This document shows positions 26,624 through 33,226 of a stretch of DNA of 33,226 nucleotides, in pieces. The stretch's first letter is position 1, and each line of letters opens with the position of its first letter. Both the position numbers and the translations under genes were made by a program. The stretch is from the IMG/VR virus record IMGVR_UViG_3300014208_000020, positions 1-33,226 of that record. One strand, given 5' to 3'. Source of the DNA: a virus (lineage: Duplodnaviria > Caudoviricetes). Under the pieces are notes generated by a model that made no database searches, was not told the DNA's origin, and saw nothing but the letters and a program-made list of their open reading frames with translations.

Positions 26624-26896
26624 ATGAAAACAGAAGACATAAAAATAGGAATGAAAATAAAAATTCCTACCGTAAAAAGAACATCTGGTGCTATTTTAAC
26701 TAAAGATTGTTCTGCTTATTTACACGCAACTGAACTTAATCAAAATTTTTTATATATTGTTAGTGGCTTTTATAATAACGGTCATGGCGATGAAGTTACA
26801 GTGGGTGCCACTAAAAAAATTATGAAAGTTCTTTTTATGCAAAAGATTTGCAACCATATTCAAATCAAATTTTTCTTTTTGAGGATGAATAAATGA
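26624..26896 (+). CDS. tagged-family small protein with probable frameshift at A7 (26813-26819)
   Basis: IKIGM N-terminus; adding one A gives ...DLQPYSNQIFLFEDE*. Confidence 0.72.
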   Translation: MKTEDIKIGMKIKIPTVKRTSGAILTKDCSAYLHATELNQNFLYIVSGFYNNGHGDEVTVGATKKIMKVLFMQKICNHIQIKFFFLRMNK

Positions 26897-27189
26897 AAGA
26901 ATACAAAGTTGGCGACACAATTACAATCAGAAAAGACATCACAATAGACAATATAAATGAATTAATGAAACCATATTTTGGAGCAGTTATGGATAATTGG
27001 GAACATTATTACAATATGTTAGTTGATAATAATTTTCTTGAGAAAAGATTTAAAATAATAGAAAGAAAAAACTGGATATATAGGCAAGGTGATGTTTATA
27101 AACTTGATTGGAAAAGACCTAATTATATTAGTCCAGAGTTATTTGTAGAAAGTTTTTCTCGGCAAATAATTTTATCTTGGGAGGACTAA
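26893..27189 (+). CDS. small protein with tag variant (SRQIILSWED)
   Basis: YKVGDTITIR N-terminus; similar to 16722 ORF. Confidence 0.78.
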   Translation: MKEYKVGDTITIRKDITIDNINELMKPYFGAVMDNWEHYYNMLVDNNFLEKRFKIIERKNWIYRQGDVYKLDWKRPNYISPELFVESFSRQIILSWED

Positions 27190-27357
27190 ATGAAAACATT
27201 TGAAGATGAATATAAAAATCTTAAAAACAACTTACCAAAACTTAAAACTTATTGGAATTGGTATAATTTTTGTAGTGGTTTAAGAAAAGAAATTGGATTG
27301 AATCAAAATCAATTTAACGTTCTTGTTCAACAAATGAGAGAAATATATTTGAAATAA
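27190..27357 (+). CDS. small hypothetical protein (55 aa)
   Basis: GGAGGA SD plus ATG. Confidence 0.55.
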   Translation: MKTFEDEYKNLKNNLPKLKTYWNWYNFCSGLRKEIGLNQNQFNVLVQQMREIYLK

Positions 27358-27363
27358 TAATAT

Positions 27364-27475
27364 GGGGTAGAAAATAAATCGACAGATGAAATCGTTTGAG
27401 AACGACGAAAATGCCTAAATTACGAAAGTTCGAGATTTTATTTGAACGGGAGAGAGTTATTCCCCTACTCCACCA
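27364..27475 (+). ncRNA. miniature tmRNA-like RNA (112 nt)
   Basis: GGGGTAG/CTACTCC-A-CCA with G3.U70, stemless D-loop ending ATCGAC, 11-bp P2-like helix, 5-bp T stem. Confidence 0.7.
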
Positions 27476-27492
27476 TTTTAAAGAGGTTAAAA

Positions 27493-27738
27493 ATGAAAGA
27501 AGAAGACATTAAGGTTGGTGATATTGTAAAAATTAAATCAAAAACAGTTCCCAATTTCGAGCGAGACAAAATTATTCCTTTTGAAGGAGTAATACAAGAA
27601 ATAAAAACCTATTCTCATTTAAGCATGTATTACGGTGAAGAAAAAAACAAATTACTTTTTATTATAAATTGTAGTTTTTATTGCTTTGAGGATTTTGAAA
27701 AAAAATCACAACAACTATTTCTTTTCGAGGATGATTAA
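27493..27738 (+). CDS. small protein with C-terminal tag (SQQLFLFEDD)
   Basis: IKVGDIVKI N-terminus; GAGG SD. Confidence 0.8.
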   Translation: MKEEDIKVGDIVKIKSKTVPNFERDKIIPFEGVIQEIKTYSHLSMYYGEEKNKLLFIINCSFYCFEDFEKKSQQLFLFEDD

Positions 27739-28047
27739 ATGATTAATTTAGATGATAAAATTTTTAAACAAAAAGAATTAAACATTAATAATTTTAAATT
27801 TAGAACAAGAGAAGATTCTTTAAAAACTTATAATGATCTTGGTGTAGGAAGATTTTTTCTTGAATTTTTTTGGGACAGAATAGAGCACGATTTGCCAGAA
27901 GTTTTTACAATAGAAAACAGAATAAATCAAGATAGGATATTTTTTTACGATAAAAATCTTGAAGGGTTATTTAATATAACATATATTTCTTTTATTTGTT
28001 ATTTTGAAAAAAAATCACAACAACTTTTTCTTTTTGAGGATGAATGA
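27739..28047 (+). CDS. small protein with C-terminal tag (SQQLFLFEDE)
   Basis: shared tag. Confidence 0.8.
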   Translation: MINLDDKIFKQKELNINNFKFRTREDSLKTYNDLGVGRFFLEFFWDRIEHDLPEVFTIENRINQDRIFFYDKNLEGLFNITYISFICYFEKKSQQLFLFEDE

Positions 28048-28048
28048 T

Positions 28049-28327
28049 ATGGAACTTGAAATTGGAAAACATTATATCGTTTGGAATGCTTATAGTCAAT
28101 CTTACACTTCTGGGTATTATCTTGGAGAGTCCAACAAAGCAATGATATCCTGGACTAGTCAAAGTTGGTATACACCTATTTATGCCCCTGGTTTTGCTTT
28201 TTCAAGTAGTCCTGGCAGAAGCGCCACAGGGAAAAAAGCAAATGTAGTTCCAAAAGATGGGTTTATGATTCTTGTGTGTTTATCTGATATTGATTTACCA
28301 AAGCGGTCATTAGTTGATCCTGAATGA
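28049..28327 (+). CDS. hypothetical protein
   Basis: SD from the upstream tag; LEIGKHY N-terminus. Confidence 0.65.
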   Translation: MELEIGKHYIVWNAYSQSYTSGYYLGESNKAMISWTSQSWYTPIYAPGFAFSSSPGRSATGKKANVVPKDGFMILVCLSDIDLPKRSLVDPE

Positions 28328-28350
28328 AAAATTTTGTAAGGAGGTGAATT

Positions 28351-28593
28351 ATGGACGAAAAACTAGAAACAATCGAATTAGAACTTACTGATAAAATGAT
28401 TGATTTTATTTATAGTAATGAAAAAGATTGGATTGTTGGAGATCTACCGGACAGCAGTCAAGATGATTATTTTCTTTGGCTTGGTGAAAACGGAAAACTA
28501 TATCTTACAAAAGAGAAAACAAAAGAGACAATTTGTGTAAAATATTTAAAGAGAACTTTTAATTTTGAAAATCTTTTTAAGGAACAGAAATAA
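28351..28593 (+). CDS. hypothetical protein
   Basis: AAGGAGG SD. Confidence 0.7.
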   Translation: MDEKLETIELELTDKMIDFIYSNEKDWIVGDLPDSSQDDYFLWLGENGKLYLTKEKTKETICVKYLKRTFNFENLFKEQK

Positions 28594-28824
28594 ATGAACC
28601 AACACAATTTTAAAATAGGTGAAAGATTTCTTATTAAAAATCTTGAATATAATAGCATATGGAATAACAAAAACACAGAGGTTTATGATTTAAGTTCTGA
28701 ACGTTGCTACATTATGTTAATTGATAATAAAAGTATTACAACTTCATTTTCATTAACTGATACAAAACTTATAACAAATCATTTCCAATTTAACCAACGA
28801 ATATTACTTTTTGAAAATGAATAA
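28594..28824 (+). CDS. small protein with C-terminal tag (NQRILLFENE)
   Basis: FKIGE N-terminus. Confidence 0.8.
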   Translation: MNQHNFKIGERFLIKNLEYNSIWNNKNTEVYDLSSERCYIMLIDNKSITTSFSLTDTKLITNHFQFNQRILLFENE

Positions 28825-28882
28825 CTATTGACAAAAAAAATTTTTTAGAGTATAATTAAAGAGTAAGGAAGAAAAAAAAATG
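28792..28882 (+). repeat. about 90-bp direct repeat (tag codons, promoter, SD, ATG); second copy 29177-29266
   Basis: near-identical: one substitution and one A indel. Confidence 0.9.
28828..28856 (+). promoter_or_regulatory. repeated sigma70 promoter
   Basis: TTGACA-N17-TATAAT. Confidence 0.9.
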
Positions 28883-29209
28883 TTAGACGAAAAATTAAAA
28901 ATATTTAAAATTGGTGAAAAAGCAACTTACGTCTTTCAAGAAGATTTGGAAAATTATTTTGTTGAAGATGGTGCTGAAATGACTTTTGTTAGGTATAATG
29001 AAATGGATAAAAAATATCCATACAGTTTTTCTGTTAAAGCAAGAGAATTTATATATCCAGAACACGTTGAAAACGTAGATGAAGACAGTGATGAAGATTA
29101 TGACGAAGAAGATGTAATTCTTGGTGAATACATTATTAAAAATATTGATTTTGCACTCAATGAAGTGAAGAAAAAAAACCAACGAATATTACTTTTTGAA
29201 AATGAATAA
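28880..29209 (+). CDS. small protein with C-terminal tag (NQRILLFENE)
   Basis: FKIGE N-terminus, acidic insert. Confidence 0.8.
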   Translation: MLDEKLKIFKIGEKATYVFQEDLENYFVEDGAEMTFVRYNEMDKKYPYSFSVKAREFIYPEHVENVDEDSDEDYDEEDVILGEYIIKNIDFALNEVKKKNQRILLFENE

Positions 29210-29212
29210 CTG

Positions 29213-29241
29213 TTGACAAAAAAAATTTTTTAGAGTATAAT
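29213..29241 (+). promoter_or_regulatory. repeated sigma70 promoter
   Basis: TTGACA-N17-TATAAT. Confidence 0.9.
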
Positions 29242-29263
29242 TAAAGAGTAAGGAAGAAAAAAA

Positions 29264-29455
29264 ATGAATGAAAATAAAGAAATTATCCGATGGTTAAAAG
29301 AACGCCTTGAAGAAGCAAAAACAGAGAAAGCCAAATTTGGATCAAATATTCCACTTTATAGTTTCTGGGATGGGAAAGAGCAAACCATTGAAGAAACTCT
29401 TAGTAAGTTGGGCGTAATTGTTGAAGTAAATTTTAAGCAGACATCAAATGGATAA
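29264..29455 (+). CDS. hypothetical protein
   Basis: SD plus ATG after promoter. Confidence 0.65.
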   Translation: MNENKEIIRWLKERLEEAKTEKAKFGSNIPLYSFWDGKEQTIEETLSKLGVIVEVNFKQTSNG

Positions 29456-29759
29456 AATAGTTTACGAAAAAACAAGATTTATATTAACAAAAATTGCCAA
29501 TTTATATTCTAAGCGTTTAAATGTAAAATTTTCTTGCGTTCATGAAATTAGTTTAGAAGAAATTGATAATGATGAATATTATCTTGTTAATGATAACACG
29601 AAAGAAAAAATTTTTATGTTTGATCAAAAATTTGTTAGTAGTTCTATTAAATATTATGGGTGCAAAGATGCTAAAAAAATGATTTTTGGTTTGGCTCTTG
29701 GAGGATTTTTAAATGAAAAACATAAAAGCAGGAATGAGAGTAAAAATTCCAGAGCGTGA
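29448..29759 (+). CDS. hypothetical protein
   Basis: overlapping coupled ORF. Confidence 0.6.
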   Translation: MDKIVYEKTRFILTKIANLYSKRLNVKFSCVHEISLEEIDNDEYYLVNDNTKEKIFMFDQKFVSSSIKYYGCKDAKKMIFGLALGGFLNEKHKSRNESKNSRA

Positions 29760-30006
29760 TGAATATGGAAACCTTTTAGAAACCAAAACAACTGGAATTT
29801 TGATTGCCTGTCTTAAAAAAGGTTATCCAAATTATTGTGTTAGATTTGATAGCGAAAATGTTTTTGCTCATAATTATTATCCAGGACCAGAATTTTGTAT
29901 TTTTCATACTGGTGAAGAAAATAAGAATTTGAGAATTTATTACTATTATGGTATAGAAGATGTTGAACCATTTTCACAACAGTTATTCCTTTTTGAAGAT
30001 GATTAA
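29713..30006 (+). CDS. small protein with C-terminal tag (SQQLFLFEDD)
   Basis: IKAGMRVKI N-terminus. Confidence 0.8.
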   Translation: MKNIKAGMRVKIPERDEYGNLLETKTTGILIACLKKGYPNYCVRFDSENVFAHNYYPGPEFCIFHTGEENKNLRIYYYYGIEDVEPFSQQLFLFEDD

Positions 30007-30009
30007 CTA

Positions 30010-30038
30010 TTGACAAAAAAAATTTTTTAGAGTATAAT
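30010..30038 (+). promoter_or_regulatory. repeated sigma70 promoter
   Basis: TTGACA-N17-TATAAT. Confidence 0.9.
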
Positions 30039-30310
30039 TAAAGAGTAAAGAAAAAGAAAATTTGTTGGATTGTCCAAAGATTGACATCTAATGAACGAAA
30101 GTTCATTGTTGAATTATTTTAGGAGGGATTACTTGAAAACTTGAATAAACTTTCTCATTGTGAGAAAAAATTAAGTGTGTTTAGGGCCACCATTTAAAAC
30201 AAAGTTTTAGTGCTGGCATAATATCTGAAATTATTCCGTTGTTTCTATCCTAATTAGGATGGACGTTATGTGATAATTATTTTCTTTTAGAACTTAGGAG
30301 GTTCAATTAT

Positions 30311-30712
30311 ATGATTACTATTTACAAGGTGACAAAAACTGACGAGAGGCTTTTCGCTGACTATGTGGTTCCTGGTGTTTCTGCTGACCAGATTCTCGTG
30401 ACTTCGGTTGCGGCTCGTTACGAAGATTTCGAGGGAGTGAAGAAAGGTTCCACTTTCACCGTCAAGATTGCTGCGGCAAATCGTGGTTCGTTCGGCGTGT
30501 TCAAGGAACTCAATGCTGAAACATTGAAAGATGTTCAGAACGTTCCTTTCGAGTTCGACATCAACTCCCTTTCTTGGAATGTGAGCAACGGTATTCTTCG
30601 TGTGTCCATTCCTCGCAAGGCCGAGTTTGTTGGCAAGACGGTTGTTGCTGACACAAGCGCCGAGATTTTTGGTGAAGTTCTCCCAGAGAACTCTGTCACT
30701 GCTACTAAGTAG
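30311..30712 (+). CDS. small heat-shock (Hsp20/alpha-crystallin-like) protein
   Basis: VPGVSADQILV and NGILRVSIPRK; AGGAGG SD. Confidence 0.7.
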   Translation: MITIYKVTKTDERLFADYVVPGVSADQILVTSVAARYEDFEGVKKGSTFTVKIAAANRGSFGVFKELNAETLKDVQNVPFEFDINSLSWNVSNGILRVSIPRKAEFVGKTVVADTSAEIFGEVLPENSVTATK

Positions 30713-30822
30713 TTGACAATGGCGGGAATGAGATAAGTCTCGCCGTATTGGGTAAGGCCGCAACGGATAAGCGGTAAGGATATAAATTTCTGTGAAACGT
30801 GTTGTTCTTAATTTATTAGAGA

Positions 30823-30961
30823 TTTGGGTTCGATTTGCAGTTCCAAGGAGTTGCATAAGTAATACCTCTCTATGGTTTGGAGTATATGATAATTATTTAA
30901 TAATCTATTCGCTACTTCCCATAACTCTATTTCACAAAGCGGTTCAATTCCGCAACCCAAA
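30823..30961 (+). ncRNA. tRNA-like RNA (acceptor stem and T arm only)
   Basis: TTTGGGTT/AACCCAAA, GCGG-TTCAATT-CCGC. Confidence 0.4.
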
Positions 30962-30972
30962 AAAAGTTTAAG

Positions 30973-31160
30973 AAAAGTAATGACAGAACGGATTGTTGTA
31001 GCGTGCGAACGTGCGAACTAGGTATCAAGTGAAATGTTAACGAGTTGCAAATTAATCATTAAGGCAAAAATCTATTAGATCTAGCATGAGAAGAAATGCC
31101 GGTGTTAGAAAGTAACTCCATTTGAAAATCGCAGATTTGGTTCAATTCCAAGAACTTTTT
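30973..31160 (+). ncRNA. large tRNA-like RNA, copy A
   Basis: D arm TGACAGAACGGATTGTTG, GNRA hairpin, long insert, T arm TTTGG-TTCAATT-CCAAG. Confidence 0.6.
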
Positions 31161-31188
31161 AAAAAACTATTTTATTAAGGAGAAAAAA

Positions 31189-31575
31189 ATGAGTGATATT
31201 CAAGAAAATGCTTTTTTTGATAGCAACGAAAATTTAGTTGATAGATTTGATGAAGATGTCGAAGAAATGGACGAGGAAGAAATCGAAAACGAAGAAGAAA
31301 ACGATCTTGAAGAAAACTCATTTTCTTTAATAGATTTTAATGAAGATTATGATTATGATGAAAATGATTCTTGTTTTTTCGAAGATGAGGAAATTTTGTC
31401 AATCGTTCGCCATGGAATTATTTGGAATATTATTGGTTTCACTAAAAATAAACTTTATATTTTACAAGACCCACAATCAAATTGGATTATTTTCGTTAAT
31501 GACTATGACATTGATGATAATCAAACCGAAAAATCGAAAAAAGAAGAACATTCTGATGGACTTTTTGAACTTTAA
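31189..31575 (+). CDS. highly acidic hypothetical protein
   Basis: AGGAG SD; D/E-rich N-terminal half. Confidence 0.72.
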   Translation: MSDIQENAFFDSNENLVDRFDEDVEEMDEEEIENEEENDLEENSFSLIDFNEDYDYDENDSCFFEDEEILSIVRHGIIWNIIGFTKNKLYILQDPQSNWIIFVNDYDIDDNQTEKSKKEEHSDGLFEL

Positions 31576-31591
31576 GTAATAAATAAATTAA

Positions 31592-31795
31592 CTAAGTAAT
31601 GGCAGAACGGATTGTTGCACTATGAGAATAGGTAATTTTAGGTATCACTAGAGAACGGAAGCACTCATTGTATTTGAACTTTGAATGTTAGATAAAATTT
31701 ATTTTTATTTGATGTGATAATAGTAAAAGAAAAGTCATCACCAACCCTCTAGCCGGTGATAAATTACGGACTTGATTCAATTTCAAGAACTTAGT
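31592..31795 (+). ncRNA. large tRNA-like RNA, copy B
   Basis: same 5' and 3' motifs as copy A, with compensatory changes. Confidence 0.62.
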
Positions 31796-31817
31796 TAATT
31801 TTTTAAAAGGAAAAATA

Positions 31818-32183
31818 ATGACAGAAGAAGAAATAATGAGAACAAACTCAAAAACAATATTTAAATTTACAAAAAGCATGAGTGGTTTAATTTTAGTTAA
31901 TTTAAAAGCAAATATTGTTTGTGATTTACAAGGATCTCCTTTGAACGCAGATGTTGCTGGAGGTTCACATAATAGCAAAAGTTTTCTTTTTTACTTTGGA
32001 AATTTTCACAACAAAGAAGATTTTAAAGACCAACAAGGGTGTAGTAAATACTTACACGATGGTGGAAATACTGCTGAAGGTCTTTATAATAACCAAAATT
32101 ATAAAAAATATTTTATGTGGTGGATTGAATGTGATATAGTAAAATTATATTCAAATCAAATATTTCTTTTCGAGGATGATTAG
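31818..32183 (+). CDS. small protein with C-terminal tag (SNQIFLFEDD)
   Basis: shared tag; WW motif like the 8732 ORF. Confidence 0.8.
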   Translation: MTEEEIMRTNSKTIFKFTKSMSGLILVNLKANIVCDLQGSPLNADVAGGSHNSKSFLFYFGNFHNKEDFKDQQGCSKYLHDGGNTAEGLYNNQNYKKYFMWWIECDIVKLYSNQIFLFEDD

Positions 32184-32210
32184 CCCATTTATTTGGGCGT
32201 TTTTTATTTA
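32183..32210 (+). terminator. intrinsic terminator
   Basis: GCCCA-TTTATT-TGGGC plus T-run. Confidence 0.6.
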
Positions 32211-32219
32211 GGAGTGATG

Positions 32220-32495
32220 ATGAAAAATTGTGAAATATGCCGAAGAGAAGGTGATGATAAATATTTTGAAATACATCACTTATCTCCAGGAGATAAAAAA
32301 AGTAAATTATCTACATTATGTCAAAGTTGCGGGGACATCGTTCATAAATTATTTACTAATAACAAATTAAGAACAAAATTAAACACAATTGAAAAATTGC
32401 TCTTGGAAGGGAAGATTCAAACTTGGATTAAGTTCATTTTTGATAAACCTCTTGATAAAAAAATCCCAATGGCAAAAAAGAAAAGAAAAAAATGA
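32220..32495 (+). CDS. small HNH-like zinc-binding protein
   Basis: CEIC..EIHHL..LCQSC..VH. Confidence 0.72.
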   Translation: MKNCEICRREGDDKYFEIHHLSPGDKKSKLSTLCQSCGDIVHKLFTNNKLRTKLNTIEKLLLEGKIQTWIKFIFDKPLDKKIPMAKKKRKK

Positions 32496-32806
32496 CAAAT
32501 AAACAATTTTCCAATTTAATTAACGGTCAAAGAAGATATTTAAATGATTTAGACAAGAAACAATATTTAAAAGCAATAGAAGATGGGGAAGCAAAAATTG
32601 CTTTTGTTAAAGATTATCATTGCAAATTATATGGGATTGGCATAATTTCAATAAAAGAAAATATGAAAAAAAAATTTTTTATGGATTATATAGATATTTA
32701 TTATAGTTTTAAATTTTCAAGATTATGTAAGTATAACAAAAACGAATTAAACTCAGTCATTGAAATAGAAAATACTTCCACGACTTGGATATTACAAAAT
32801 GTATAA
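32492..32806 (+). CDS. hypothetical protein
   Basis: ATGA-coupled ORF. Confidence 0.6.
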   Translation: MTNKQFSNLINGQRRYLNDLDKKQYLKAIEDGEAKIAFVKDYHCKLYGIGIISIKENMKKKFFMDYIDIYYSFKFSRLCKYNKNELNSVIEIENTSTTWILQNV

Positions 32807-32825
32807 TTAAGTAAAGGAAAACAAA

Positions 32826-33215
32826 ATGGATGAAATATCTACTGAAACAGATATATTTGGAACTAAACGTTGGTATTTGAATGATGAACTTCATCGAGTT
32901 GATGGACCAGCTATTGAATGTGCTAATGGGACTAAATATTGGTGTTTGAATGGCAAACTCCATCGAATTGATGGACCAGCTATTGAATGTGCTGATGGAA
33001 CTAAATTTTGGTATTTGAACGGCAAACATCATAGAGTTGATGGACCAGCTATTGAATGTGCTGATGGAACTAAATCTTGGTATTTGAATAGCATTGAAAT
33101 ATTAGAAAAAGATTTTGTAATTAAAACAAAAGATCCAATTCTTGACGCAATCAATCTTTTGAAAAGCAATGGATATAAAGTTTTTAAAGAAAAAGTCGAA
33201 CTTGAAGAAGTTTAA
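32826..33215 (+). CDS. LHRxDGPAIE repeat protein (3 repeats of 22 aa)
   Basis: 66-nt tandem repeats. Confidence 0.82.
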   Translation: MDEISTETDIFGTKRWYLNDELHRVDGPAIECANGTKYWCLNGKLHRIDGPAIECADGTKFWYLNGKHHRVDGPAIECADGTKSWYLNSIEILEKDFVIKTKDPILDAINLLKSNGYKVFKEKVELEEV

Positions 33216-33226
33216 CTATTGACAAA
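33129..33226. repeat. 98-bp terminal direct repeat (right copy)
   Basis: identical to 1-98. Confidence 0.97.

Noticed and set aside
91-30038. CRISPR array or integron attC sites
   Set aside because: The repeats are irregularly spaced promoters separated by whole genes; no cas, integrase or attC-like palindromes.
334-33032. Minus-strand ORFs in the track, including 30287-30856 (189 aa)
   Set aside because: They shadow + strand genes or RNAs and show no recognisable motifs; the longest is antisense to the codon-biased Hsp20 gene.
9874-33215. Diversity-generating retroelement TR/VR pair
   Set aside because: No reverse transcriptase; differences are not adenine-specific and both copies are coding.
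1-33226. Stop-codon reassignment
   Set aside because: Known genes are intact under code 11, TAA, TAG and TGA all end tagged genes, and no suppressor tRNA was seen.

Overview
AT-rich 33.2 kb segment with every credible gene on the + strand. It looks like the early/accessory and tRNA region of a large bacteriophage, with no capsid, terminase, polymerase, integrase or rep gene. The first 98 nt equal the last 98 nt, so it is circular in the assembly or bounded by a repeat. Twelve near-identical sigma70 promoters (TTGACA-N17-TATAAT) divide it into cassettes. Recognisable proteins: a TROVE/Ro60-like vWA protein, an intein-containing metallophosphoesterase, a nicotinamidase-vWA-PP2C-kinase operon (TerY-P-like), SPFH, an Rnl2-type RNA ligase, PncB, an MBL hydrolase, free-standing homing endonucleases, an MTase-like protein and Hsp20. 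There are about 11 tRNAs, one with a group I intron. Most unusual signals: (1) 14 otherwise divergent small proteins share a C-terminal tag, consensus [SN]x[QR][LI]xLFE[DN][DE], resembling a sliding-clamp-binding motif; (2) four ACAGCAA stem-loop RNAs, three flanking the Ro60-like gene, display 7-nt loops, two identical to tRNA anticodon loops in the window; (3) a 112-nt miniature tmRNA-like gene has a vestigial ENDENA tag; (4) several tRNA scaffolds have replaced or expanded anticodon arms, including a covarying pair; (5) a tRNA-Sec-shaped tRNA-Cys. All calls are by eye; no searches or folding programs were run.
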